From assembly GCA_965603825.1 (NCBI GenBank), contig CBFDEM010000056.1, positions 620,001-684,000 on the forward strand: DNA of 64,000 nt, in the 5' to 3' direction. Origin of the DNA: Blepharisma stoltei ATCC 30299. Its lineage: Eukaryota; Protista; Ciliophora. This document shows, piece by piece, positions 23,722 through 37,546 of the stretch. A model generated the notes under the pieces. The model was given only the letters and a program-made list of their open reading frames with translations. It was not told the origin of the DNA and searched no databases. Every line of letters begins with the position of its first letter. The stretch's first letter is position 1. The position numbers and the translations under genes were made by a program.

Positions 23722-26700
23722 ATGATTAATTGAAAATTACTATTTCTCATTATCTCAGCAGTCACTTCCAAAGATTTTGGCACCTTCTATTTGTCAGAAG
23801 AAGAGTGGATTGACCTTGATCTTCATGAATACTTCTCTTCTAATGAGATTGCCTTCTATATTTCCAATACAAATTCTTCTAGTAATGATATTTCTTTGTA
23901 CCAAAATTCTAGCATTCAATTAATTTCATATGTGCAGCATGAATTAATCAATGAAATCGATTATTATAATAGCAGCTATGATGAAAATTTTCCGATATTT
24001 GCAATGAATAATAATTTTTTTGTGGTGTGATTTAAAGGAAAAGAAATCGTTTTATACATGCTATCTGAAAACATTAGGAAATTTGAAAAAATGTGGAATT
24101 TAAATGTTGGAAGCAAAGAATGCAGAGGAGAAATTACACAAATTAAAGAGATCTCTAATAAAAATGCTGTCTATTTAATTATTCTAGTAAGATGCAAAAT
24201 AAATAGTTCACTGGATTTATGAAAAAACGAAATTTATATTCTCGATTTAAAGAATTTCTATGAAACTCCAACCCCAATTCATTTTAATTTATGAGATATA
24301 AAATACTTACACAACTTAAAAATTTCATCTCAATCTCATCGCAATTTTATAGCAATTTATGGAAATTTTCAAAGCGGAAAGCAAATAATTTTTATATACG
24401 AATTCCTAATAAATCAGCAAATATGCTTGAAATTGATTCAATCAATAGATCAGCATCCCCAGCACTATAAATTTCAAGAAAACGAGCTTAATATTGCTCA
24501 AATACAATTTTCGAAAAATCAGATGATTTTACTTGATGCCTTAAAAGGTGCTTTTTACTTTGAGTATAAAGCATTTCATAATATATTTGAATGTATGAAA
24601 TATGCTGACCTATCAAACTATGGAAGACTTTATAGCTTTTCTTGGCTAATGAATTATCGCCTCGCTGTTGGGAGTGATAAAGGAATTGCAATCTTAGAAT
24701 CAAAAACGCAAGTATATCGCTTAATTTATTGAATAGATATTTTTGATATTACTGGATATACTTTACCAATTCAATCATTATATTTTTGGGAAAATTTAAT
24801 TATATTGAAGATGAGTGACATAAATACTAACCTTTTGCTAATTCTTGACATAAAACAAAATTTGAAAGCTCAATTGATAAGTACTATTGATTTAAGTCTT
24901 CTTATTGGCAATTCATTTAAACCTTCAGGAATGTGAAGTTGCATCGAAAATATTTCTGGAAATAAATTTTATTTACGAGATGATTATGATGGAATTCGAT
25001 TATATGCTCTGGAACCAAAAGATTGAAGCCTAAGAATCTGAGGAAATCATTCATTTTATGCTGAAATTGCTGCTAAAACAGGACATAAAAATAAAAAACA
25101 TACGAAAAAATCTTTCAATGTAATTTCAATTCCTCTTGAATCAAATGACATTTACACAATAGCAAATAACCAAAAAATAGATCCAGATACAAGCATAAAT
25201 TCAATTTTTAATGGAGCTTATCATCTCGAACAAATTCACCCAAAATCATTTTTTTCGGGTCCAAATCTTACATACTCAATAGCAAGCATAGAGCTCCCTA
25301 ATGATTTTTCAGTTGAAATTCTGCAAACCAATAAAATTAAAGATGCTAGATTCCTTGATCTTGCAAAGCCCCCAATTATCATAAAACACAATTTTAATGA
25401 AATTGGTATGCTATCAGAAGATGGTTTATTATTTTATAATGTTTTTAAAGGAGAATACAAATATTTGAACGGTTCGCAAAATATTATTGATATAATGTGA
25501 GGGAGAGATGATTATACGATGATGACATTAGAAAATGGCGATAAATCCCAAAGGCTCTCCATTTATGAAGCATTACCATTATGAAAAAAACAATTCAAAT
25601 TTATTACTAGTATAGAGTATGAAGAAAAATGTAGTTTTTTCAAACGTATTCTTGACTCTTTAAGTGCTGTTATTATAGTCTGTGCTACCAATCAAAGCAT
25701 TTCAATTCATCGTATTTTTAGCACTAATTATATATGGGCACGACCAAAAATTTATTTAAGTGAATATGGGATTAACTCAGTTGCTAGCTTAGATGGAGCG
25801 ATATTACAATTTAGTCCTACTATCATTTTGTCTATTATTGACCAATATAAAGGGCTATTGTCACTTGAATGCGGAATAGAACAATTGCAATGCAAAATTC
25901 GTCAAAGTTCTTATTCAATTAGAATATCAAGTATACAAAAGATTGTAATGTCTGGGGACTTTGTTTATTTGATTTGTTTAGATGAGAAAATCAGGGTTTT
26001 GAATTCAGATCTACAGTATTTAAAAACTCTAAGCCCTCGTGTCAAAGGCAAAATAATGAGTTCTTATACACTTTTAAATTTTTTAGTGCTGCAAATTGAT
26101 AATCATATAGTAGTGCTAGATGGATCCCTTTCCTCACATGATTCTTTTGTTTATCATTTAGAAATTGATGCACAATGCGAAACTATTCAGAGCGATATTT
26201 TTGAACATTTTGATTGCCCCTTTATTTTTATTGCTATTATTTGTCAAAAGTCTAGAATAAGTATATATGAATTTCAATGTGATTTTTATTCAACTAATTA
26301 TAAGGTCTATCAATTTGCTTATAACATAAACATATATTTAAAAGATGATACAATAGTTAAAGATAATGAATTTTCAGGGAAAATTAGTTTGGCGGCTCAA
26401 AATTTATATGATAGATCAGTGATCGATATCAATTATAAAATTAGTTTGGTTGATAATAATATATTAGTTAACTATGAAAACGTTCCGAAAGAAATTGAGA
26501 TAAAACACAGTCAAGTCAAATTTATCAGTCTAAAAGACGTATTTATAGGAGATGATATTAGAGCTTCTGTAAAATTAAACAATATAGCTGATGAGCAAGA
26601 ATGGCCTGGCATGCTGCCAATTAAACTCCAGCAAATATACACAGAATCTTCTGTTTTTACTTATAATAGCACGAAATTCTACGACCACACTCCTATTGAA

Positions 26701-28059
26701 GAAATAAACAAATATATTCTTGCAACCAATGAAAATTTGATGATTTTAGATATAAAAGATAACTATAAAATCGAAGCAATAATACCACTAAAAGCCATAC
26801 TTAACTATGAATTAAATGGATGCACCTCATTGACAGCTGTAGGTACAAAAAATTATTCAGTCTTGGTTACAGCAATATGTACATATTTTATTCCTATGGA
26901 AAATTATTGAAACGAACGAAAAAGGAGGTTAGACTTGATAATATCCAAAGCACTAGTTATATTTGAATATAATTCTCAAACAAAAACTATATTAAAAAGA
27001 GCTTTTATTGGCATTGGAGATGCTAATTACATGATAAGAGCTTCAAAAACAAGCGACTTTAGGTATGATTTATTTTTAATGAAAAAAACTTCAGAATTTT
27101 CTTTGGCTCGTAATAGTATCTTTTGATATAAAGGGACCTGAAATAATGAAAAGCTAACCATAGATTTTGACAAAGAAATTAATTATTCCCTTCTTGGGAT
27201 AGCTGAGTTCTTTGCAAAATCAATTGATATTGTCTTTTTTAAAACAAGCATAATTGTATTGTATATAGTTGATGCTGAATTTGGCTTAAGAGTCCTATTA
27301 ATAGATGAAAATAGCCAAATTAATCTGGTAGAAAGCATTCCTCACCCTCACTTAAACTCTTTTTCCTCAATTTGCCATAGCCAAGATAAACTCTTCGTTG
27401 ATACTTTTAAGGGACATTTATTCAGATATACAATATTAGCTAATTCAAGCTTAATATTTGATAAAGCTGCCTATTCTTATCAAAATTCTTACTATAAGGA
27501 AGATATAGCCAATTCAATTGCATGTATGAAAGAGAGCATTAAATATGTGTTTAGCGTACATATGAGAAATCCTAGCACTTTTCTGAGGATTTGAAATGAC
27601 ATGAAATGAACTGACATAAAAATTAATATATTATTTTCTGAAGCTCATTTATTTAGGATTATGACAATAGGTGATAGCAAAATTTCACTTATCGAAGATA
27701 ATTTTTTTACTTTGAAAATTCGGACTCTAATTGACCCATATATTGAAATTAGTGCACTCTCGAAAGAAAATTATTCGAAATTTAATAAAATTTGAGGAAA
27801 AAATGGAATTAAGCTTGAAATAAATGCTTATAACAGTTTTAAAAAAACCAACTCTGCTATAATTTATATTAAATCTACAGATCAAAATATTTCACATCAT
27901 TATTGAAACATATGACCGATTTTTTGATTTGCAACAGTGATTTTTATTTTAATTTTATTTATTCTCATTATTTTATATTATAAGAAAAAGAAAAATAATA
28001 TAAGAAAAGAGTTTAATGAAGAAGGCTTGATTTTAGAAGAAATTAAACATAGGAATTAA
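23722..28059 (+). CDS. Large type-I membrane protein A, 1445 aa, beta-rich (propeller-like) ectodomain
   Basis: All sub-ORFs share one frame and are separated only by TGA; signal peptide MINWKLLFLIISAVTS; C-terminal TM plus short basic tail. Confidence 0.85.
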
Positions 28060-28350
28060 GCTGCTTAATTTATAAGTCTTATAATTATTAGTCTTTTAGA
28101 AAAGGGAGCTAATTTGGAAAGAGAAATTGCGAGGATCTATCAATCTGACATATTTTTAAAGTCTATATTATGATTTCATTAATTAATCGCACTAAAATTT
28201 AATCTATTAAAACCAGAGTAGTAAGGATAATTTTAATTAACTGCTCAAGTTTGCTTCAATACCATTAATATTGACGGTAATAAACCAGTTATTTTTTATT
28301 TTTTTAGCTCTATTAAGATTATAAGATAAAATAATCTGTTTAGCTTGCAA

Positions 28351-28520
28351 ATGGTAAATTTGATTTATCTATTTTATTATTCTCATTAAAGGAATTTTGA
28401 ACATTTTATTTGGCAGAAGAAGAATGAATTATTCTTGATCTCCACGACTATTTTATCTCTAATGAAATTTGAATTTTACATTTCCAATAATAATTCAACT
28501 GGTAATGATATTTCTTTAGG
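28351..28520 (+). pseudogene. Truncated, frameshifted 5' fragment of the same family
   Basis: TFYLAEEEWIILDLHDYFISNEI/EFYISNNNSTGNDISL matches 23782-23898. Confidence 0.8.
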
Positions 28521-28586
28521 AGAGAGGGGCTACCAAGGCCGAGTCTTAGTTGTTCGAGAAGTATATGCACATGAAATAATAATTTA

Positions 28587-29510
28587 ATGAAATTATTGGC
28601 ACAAAACCCAAGGGAAATTTTCTCAACAGTTCTTGGAGAGCAAAAGAATGAAGATAGCAATTTTATAATTAATCAAGAAAATAGTTCAAGAATCGCTTAT
28701 GAAAATTCAAATTCACCTAGAGATTATATAGAAAGAAAAGAATATAAATACTTTGTGCATCGATGAAATTCAAAAAAACAAATAAAAATAAATCTCTTCG
28801 ATTTATCAAAATCCGAATATGAACTCCCGATACAGCAGCAGTCAAATTGGCCTCACATAGTAATGCATGAAATTCCTAATAGAGGCATTTTCTGCTTTGA
28901 AAACAGAAAAGGCGGACACGTTTTCTTAATTCATCAAGATAATTCAATTGAAAATCTTTCTAACAGGCACAATCTATCTGAAGGTTCCAGTGCAATTTAT
29001 CATAAAGATTTTATTTATTTATTTGGCGGGATTAATAAAAGCAATCAAGCTTTGGTTTCTGAAAGATATAATTTTATGAAAAGCAAATGAGAAATAATAA
29101 GCTCTCCTTTAGCTTTTCCATTTAATATATCAGGATTTGGAATTAATCAAAAAATTATTTTTCATGAACAGAATAGTGGCTTGCTAGGTATTTATGATAT
29201 AACAACAGATTCATATAGCGAGCTATATTTGCCTCTAGTTTATGGAGAATATAAAGAATTATTTAGTATTTCATTGTCTGTATTTTTATTTGAGGGTAGA
29301 TCGAATTTATTGGAAACGAATATAGAGGGATTATATGATGGGAGATGAAAAATTGTGGGAAATATTAGTCCTTGCATGAGCCTTATAGGGAGTCCTGTTT
29401 ATACAGATAACTCTATTTATTTTTTATTTTTGATACCAACTCTTAGCCTCTATAAATTTGATTTTGTTTCAAAAACCGCAATTAAAGTTAAAGATTTTAT
29501 GAATAATTAA
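28587..29510 (+). CDS. Kelch-repeat beta-propeller protein, 307 aa
   Basis: AIYHKDFIYLFGG..SERYNFMKSKW; 3 TGA=W; same general family as 52192-53427. Confidence 0.75.
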
Positions 29511-29833
29511 TGAAATAATTATAGAAATCAATAAGAGTGAGATAAACATCATTCTAAAACCTAAACAAAAAGATGCCTAATAAATATTTTTGAAATTCTA
29601 TTATCCTTTGCATATATTTTTAATGTGCAAGATATGCGGGAAATTTCCCTACATATGAGCAAAAACCTCACCTGGGTAGAAAAAATCAGGATCGATCGAG
29701 CGACTCATATTCTCGTACTTTTTTCCTGTTTTAGTGGTATCAGATATTTTTCGTGTTTTTCTGCTTACCGTATTATTTTAATTATGGCACATATTTAACA
29801 ATTTTAATATCATAATAAATCATAAAATAATAA

Positions 29834-32800
29834 ATGATTATGAAGCTTTTTGTTTTTATAGTCACTTTAATTGCTTCAGAAGAATTTTTGAAAGAATTCG
29901 GAACTATTTACTTAACAGTCAATGAATCAAAGACACTAAAGCTTCATGATTATTACTCCTTCAATGAAATAGACTTCTATATATCAAACACAAACATGAC
30001 TGAAAATGATATAAAATTGAAGCACAACTCATCTTTAAATTTAATTTCACACATTCCATCGAAAGTTGCAAAGAGTTCTCAGTGTAGTACTAAAATAAGT
30101 AAAAGATTTGCTTTTATTAACTTATTAGAAGGTATTTTTTTTACTCGATACTTTGGTAATGAAATTTTTGGCTACTTTTTAGATAAAAACACTGAAAAAT
30201 TAGAAGAGCTTTGAAAAATAAGCATAAATCAAAACACAATTTATCAAGTGACTATAATTCGTGAAACTTTTTATTATCTGATTTTAGCGACAAAAAACAC
30301 TCTACAAGAAAACGAAATATATGTCATAAGTATTGAAGAAATGAGAAAGCCTGGAATACCCTTCAAATTAGAACTTTGGGATATCAAATATTTAGAAGAG
30401 TTAAAAATATCAACTGTAAGTCCAGCAAAGCGCGTTATGGCTATATTTGGGCGATTTAAAAGTGGAAGACAAATAGTATTTTTATATAATGTTTCATATT
30501 CAAAATCTGTTCATTTGATTTATTCGTTTGACTACTATATAGGCTCAGGAGATCATGAAAATGCTGATCTTAACATCGTTGGAATTATTTTAATTCATTC
30601 TAAACTGTTATTATTGGACTCAAAATTGGGATTATTTATATATGATTTTCTTCCACAGTATTTGAATTTCCATTATAGTAGTTTCATTGATTTGAGAAAA
30701 TATGGAACATCTTATAGTATGCATCTAACCGAGAATAATAAGAATTCTCTGCCTTTAACTGTTTCCACAGACATTGGAGTTGTATTTATTTCGCAGTATA
30801 GCTCAAATATTGAATTTCATTGGATTAATACATATGACGCATTTGGCTTTCTGGCATCGATTCAGTATGCTATAAGTCAACCTAATTGAATGTTTTCACA
30901 AGCAGAAATAAATACACAGCGCAATATTACCCATAATTTAAGATTAAATAAGGTAAACCCTATCTTAGGATGGTAATTTGTGTGAAGTCCATAATTCCTA
31001 TTATTTAATGGTTTATGAGGCTTCTGAAATATGAAACAGACATTCATACCAAAATATAGTGAATTTCAATCTGGATAATATTATTGGAGAAAGTTTCGAT
31101 CCATATGGTGAGTGAATGATTTGTATATTCAAAAACAAAAAGTTTTATATAAGAAATGACTATGATGGAATTAAGCTCTTTTTACTTGAAGCTGAGGATT
31201 GAAGTATGGAAATATGAGGAAACCACTCATATTATATTGAAATTATTGGAAAATCTAATCACAAAGCAAAAAAAGGAGTTAAAAAGTCTCTTAATGTTAT
31301 ATCGCTACCTATTGGCTCTTATGAAATTTATAAGAATCCGAATTATCCAAGTCCATTGCTGATGGAAATATACATAGACTATGAATATCATACCGAAATC
31401 CAGCTTAGTTCTATGTTTTCTGGACCCAATCTCATTTATTCTATAGAAAATATAAATATGCCAGACAATTTTTTCGCTAATTTTTCTATTTCAGAAAGCA
31501 AAATTCTGGTCAATGAAATTATTTTGCCGAAAAATGTAGAAATGATCAGGCTTGATATTGATCACAAATCCATTGCCTATAATATTAAAAATGAAATTTT
31601 CTTTTCTAATTTGGATAATATGAATCGAATTACAGTTTTATCAAATCATTCAAATGTATATAATTTTTTATTAGTTATTGCCTATCCTACTATGATTGCT
31701 GTATTTGAAACTGAAAATTCAGCTAGCATAATATCTCTATGTTCAATTTATTCAGAGTTTGAAGAAGAAATATTATGTCGCAAAACATATTTGAAGACAA
31801 TATGCAATTTTACCAATTATTTGCGCTTAGGGGCCCTCTATATCATATGCGCAGATCACGAATCAATATATATTTATAATGTTGAAAATGAAATGCATGA
31901 AGAGATAATTATAAATAAGGAGCTATTAAATCTTCGAGAAAATCTATCTATTATTGATATCAAATCGTTCGGAAATATTCAGGCATATCTTCTTAAATTA
32001 CGTATTTCCATACATTGCAATTATGGAATCATTCTTGTTGAAATAGGTTTACCTGGTTGAGATGTAAATTATAAAATTATTAATAATTTTTCAGGAAAAA
32101 TTGAAGCAATAGCATCATCTTTAGACTATATATATATCGCTTTTTCTGATAGCACAATAGGCATTTATGACGTATTTCTTCAACATAAAGTAACTTTAGG
32201 ACCTCATATTTCTGGGGGTGTTAAATATATAGATTCATCTTTGAATATATTATCTCTACAGATTGGTAATAGAATTGCTATATATGATTGAAATAAATCA
32301 ATCCATGACTCTTTGCTGCACAGTTTTACAATAAAAGACTCGTGCAAATTGATAGCTAATGGGTTAATATCATTTAAATCTCCATATATCCCTATTCTTT
32401 GTCAATTTTCTGATAAAAATGTTATGGAATTGTATCAACTTAAATGCAACACAAATAAAGTGCTTCATGATTGCTTTTCTCTTGCTTTCATAAATTTAAA
32501 AATTAATCAAAATTCATATATTGAGAATGAAGAACAAGAAGGATCAATTTCAATTTTTGCAAAAAATGAATATTATCAGTCGAAATCTGAAATAAAATTT
32601 ATTTTTCACACAAATGCAAGCCTTAGTGTAATCTGGATTGATAACAGAAAAATTGAGAAAAATTTGAAAATTCCATACAATAAAAAAGAAAAAATTGATT
32701 TAAGTGAAGTTTTTCACGGACATGATGCCAAAGTTTCTATGTTGATTAATAATAGAACCTATGAAAATACAGATAATAATTATTTTCCTGCATATTTTAG

Positions 32801-34217
32801 ACAAAATTTTGAAGAAATTGTTTCAATTCAACTGCCAACTTGTGACAAATCTTCAGATCAAGTTTTGGTAGGAAGTAAGCTAATTGTGACTGCTGCGAGT
32901 GAATTTATTATTTTTGATACTAGTTATGAGGCTCCAAAGGTTGATGCAATATTAAATTTTAAGGATTATATTAATGCAAATATTGCAAATTGTAAAGATT
33001 TAGATGCAATTCAAATTGATGAGAGCATTATTTTAATATTTAGTATCTGTTTATATGGACAGAATTTTACACTATTCTGGAATGAAAGAGAAACATTGTT
33101 TTTTAAAAATGGAATAAATAGTTTGCTGATAATTGAATATGATTTTATCAAGAAGATTTCTTTAAAAACTAAAATTTTAAATTCAATTCCCTCCTTCCTA
33201 GACGTAAAAGCTGTTAAATTAAACAACCATAGATTTGAAATATTTTTATACGAATCATTTAGCAATGGCCTAATTAATCTTAACAATTATATTCTCAGAT
33301 ACAAGGGTACTTTAGAAGAAAATGCTATATTAGTTGAAAAATCTGAAAGAATCGATTTTTTCTCTCTAGAAATTAGCGAATTTTCTATTAGCGCAATAGA
33401 TTTCGTCCTTTCAAAATTTGGTCCGCTTTACTTATATATCATTGACGATTTATATGGATTAGTGATCATACAAGTTTATGATACACTTCCAGCCAAAATT
33501 GTTGGAGGCTTAAAGCACCCTGATTCAAGTAAATTCGCTTCTCTTTGCATTTGCCAAAACAATTTATATATTGTAACTAGAACAATAAAATTATATGAAT
33601 ATTCTATCAATGAAACTTTAGATATAAAGCTCATAAAATCATTTTATCCAGGTCCAAAATTATCAATCGATTGTATGATGTATAGCAAACTCTTATTGTT
33701 CCAAGAAGACTGCAAATATATCATTTTCGCCAATTTAGATATTAGTTATGCGTTCTTGTATGTATGATATAGTGACCAATATTTTGACTTTTCATTGAGA
33801 AAAAATGATGATGTTTTAAAATTTAATGGTGTATTTTTAAAAAATAATGCAATTGCATATTTAGACACATTGGAATCAAAATTAAAGATATATTCCTTAA
33901 ATAGTAGATTTATTGAAATTCCAGCAATGAGTAAAGAAAATTATGAAAGCATTGTGGAAAAATGAGGGACTGACGAATTCCAAATTCAGCTGTGCATGGA
34001 AAATCTAGACCAAAAAGTAACTTCAGAAGTAATGATATTGAAAAGGAGCATAAATGAAAACGAATTTTTAGTTACTTGATGAATATGACTTTTAATTTGT
34101 TGTGCAGTAACTTTAGTTATTGCTATGTTTGCATGTGTTTTTAATAAATATAAAAAGCGCAATAGCAGAAAGATCAGCATTAAAGATGAAGGAGTAATGA
34201 TGGAAGAAATCAAATAA
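29834..34217 (+). CDS. Large type-I membrane protein B, 1455 aa (intron 30953-30968), paralog of A
   Basis: Colinear with A (LWDIKYL, DYDGI, W..WGNHS, FSGPNL.YSI, SKENY, EG...EEIK); TM begins TWWIWLLICC with three TGA. Confidence 0.85.
30953..30968 (+). other. 16-nt intron GTAAACCCTATCTTAG
   Basis: A at position 10; removal exactly accounts for the frame change between 30248 and 31356. Confidence 0.8.
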
Positions 34218-34514
34218 TATAAATAAAATTATAGTAGCTAATATATTGATAAAGTCGGAGCTTAATCCTAACAAGGAATGATTCTATAGCCTTGAATCTT
34301 CATGATTATTTTCCACCAGATAAATTTGATTTTTATATTTCTAATACAAATACTTCTGGAAATTACTTTAAACCATAACTTTAAATTTCATTTAGTTCAT
34401 ATATTTTGATTTCAAATTAATCATTTTAAACTTTAAGCATTTGAATATATATTGTTTTCTCAAGCATTATTATTTTTTTTGCTTTATTTTACACTTCATA
34501 GATAATTATAAAAA

Positions 34515-36347
34515 ATGGAGGCACTAATATCTCAACACATACGGCAACACACCATAGTTCCAGGAATCATAATCAAGTTTGTTATCGCTGAAGGAAAAGG
34601 AGACTTGATTCCTTCAGGCTCTACAGTGGAATTGCACTTAGAAACCTATCAATCCGATAGCACTTTAGTCTCATCGGAAACGATCTTTCACACAATCATA
34701 GATCACTCCCTCAAATCAAACAGAAGCTCAGTAGACCTTGCATTGCTCACAATGAGGCAAGATGAAGAAGCTTGGGTAAAGGTTTCAGCTAACAAAACTG
34801 TTGTAAACTCAAAAATTTGGGAAGATACATGATATAAAATGATCCCGCTCAAATATGAGCCGGGCTCAGACTTAGTTTTTCCAGCTCAAATCCCTTTTCT
34901 ACGTGAAGATATCATTTCCCACAGAGAAGGCCAAGTAGCAAAAAGAGTTCTTTGTGAAGGATCAAGCGACCTATCTACTCCAGAATCTCTAATTACCTTC
35001 AATTTTGAATTTCGCCTCACTAATGGCTTCCTCTTGCAGCCTTCATCCTCTAGAACTATCTGCTTAACCAGAAATCTTAATCCAAGCTTTCACAGAGGTA
35101 TGCAGATGGTTCTAAAGACCATGAGAATCAATGAAAAAGCATGGGTTTTAATACCTGAACATCTCCATTATATAGAAAATGCAAAAAATTGTCAAGTCTG
35201 GGCCTATGTTGAAGTAAACGGCATAGAGATGAATGAGAATATCATTTATCCACAAAATGAATCGTTTTTACGACAAGAAAACCTAGGCGATGGGGTTGTG
35301 AAAAAAGTAATAAAAGAAGGCAATGGAGAAAAAGTTCCAAGAGGAGCCAAAATATGGATCAAGCTAGAAGGAAGAACAGAAGACGGCTTTGAGTTTCAGA
35401 AGCCTAATACCCTTGTAATTGGGAATGAAAAAATGTATAGTGAAGCGTGGATTCTCGCATTCGAAAGTATGAGAAAAGGGGAAATCGCGTGGGTTAGAGC
35501 AGAAAAAGATAGACACATAATAGGGGACTATATAGATGATACTCTTTGGTTTAAGTTTGAAATGCAGGATTATTTACTAGCTAAAAACATTGACCCTAAA
35601 AGCCCATTTGTTGACAAAATTGAATTTGCAAAAATCTTGCTAGATGACGGAAATCGGCTTTACTCATCAAAAATTTACAGTGAAAGCAAAACTCTTTATA
35701 ATAGAGCTTATCATCTTCTGACTGTAAAAAAAGCAATTTTTGATGAAATCCCTACAGAAGTAAAAGAAAAATACTTTCCAGTCCGTATAAGAGCTGCACT
35801 TAACATCGCACAAATTTCTATTGTAAGTGCCGAAACTATGCCAAATGAGCCTGCAAGGCTGAAATATCTTGATCTCGCCTGAGATAGATGTGAAGAAGTT
35901 ATAAAATATGACCCAAACAATCTAAAAGCTCACTATAGAAAAGCCACCATCCTCCAAATGAAAAATGACCTCCCCAGCGCTTACGAAATCTCCAAATTTT
36001 TACTCAAAAAATATCCAGAAAATGCAGACGTTCTAAAGCTCCACAGTAATTTAGAACGAAAGCTAGAGCCTTTAAAAGCCAAAGAAAAATTCATGTGCAA
36101 ACACATTTTTGAAAAATGGGAAACCGAAAAAGAAGCTGAAAAGCTAAAACAAGAGGAAAATACAAGAATAAAAATAAAAAAGCATAAAAAAGAATGGAGT
36201 CAAGAGGATAGAAGAATTATTGATGAAATAAAAAATCAGATAGAAAACGGAGAAGCTGTAGGCACAATTGACATGTCAGGAGACAATTGCATGCTACTGG
36301 AAGGAAGCGACTCTGAAGGTGAGGAAAGCTATGAGTCTGATAATTAA
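34515..36347 (+). CDS. Multi-FKBP-domain + TPR immunophilin (FKBP52/ROF-like, divergent), 610 aa
   Basis: Three repeats of GVVKKVIKEG.G..MRKGE.AWV; TPR region PNNLKAHYRKA; TGA 34830 and 35880 = W. Confidence 0.8.
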
Positions 36348-36365
36348 AATTTTTCCTTTAATAAA

Positions 36366-37388
36366 ATGGAACATTTTGGAGTTTATAAAGGAGAACGAAA
36401 TAATAGAGGCCAACCCCATGGATTTGGAAAATTTGTATGAAGAACTAATAAAGATGTATATGAAGGGCAGTGATATAAAGGAAAACAGCATGGAGTAGGT
36501 ACTATGCATTACGCAACTTTTCAATATGTTTATCATGGGGAATGGAATTTAGGGGCAAGACACGGATTAGGGACTATGACGCTAGCTAATGGCGATCAGC
36601 TGACAGGGACTTTTATAAATAATGAATTTGAAGGGCAAGGAGTTATTTATTATCATAATGGCGATTTTTATGAAGGCGATGTAATAAAAGGACTAAGACA
36701 TGGAGAAGGAACTTTACGATATTTCAACGGAGAATACTATGAAGGCCAATGATTCAATAATCAGCGGCATGGCTTTGGCCGCCAAACCCAGCCAGATGGA
36801 ACTCAATATTATTATGGTAACTGAAGATATGATCAACCTATGGGTATTGGCAAACTTTGCCAAGTCGTTGAGACTGGTGTTTTAGCTACCCTTGAAGGCA
36901 CATTTCACAATGGCAGTTTATATGGGAAGGGAATTCTAGCTGATACTACTGGAAACCTATATAAAGGTGATTTTAAAGATAATCATATCCATGGAGTCGG
37001 AGAACTTTATTTGTCCAATGGGCAAAAATATATAGGAGAGTTTAAATATGACGATTTTAAGAAAGGCAAGGCAGAAATGCCCGACAGTACTGTGACTTAT
37101 GGAACATTCTATCATTTTGACCCTGATGGAAAAAATGTTAAAATCAATTATGGGAATGGCGATATTTATGAAGGAGGCATGAAGCAGGGGATGAAACATG
37201 GATTTGGAAGGCTAAAAGCAACGGATGGAGCTGTGTTTGTAGGCAATTTTCATGAGGATAGTAAAGAAGGGGAAGCGAGGATTGTGTACCCTGACGGAAG
37301 TGAATATGTAGCTGATTATACTGCAGGGATAGAAAAAGAACCTGGGATTTTAATTAAACCAACTGCAAAGGATAAAAAAAAGAAATAA
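36366..37388 (+). CDS. MORN-repeat protein, 340 aa
   Basis: Repeated YEG.W/F..G..HG.G; TGA codons fall at MORN Trp positions. Confidence 0.92.
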
Positions 37389-37546
37389 TTGTCTAATTAA
37401 TGCAAAAATACTTTTGATGCTTTTATCCTCTGAATTTTCTGAATATTATAATCTGAAACTCAATTTTCTTAATCTTTTCCCTTTTCCTTTACTTTGCCTT
37501 TCCGGTTCTTCACAATTATTTCTTTCCCCTTTTCACTATAATAAAA

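Noticed and set aside
37431-37445. Heat-shock element upstream of DnaJA (tGAAttTTCt)
   Set aside because: Only two in-register units, which is expected by chance in AT-rich DNA
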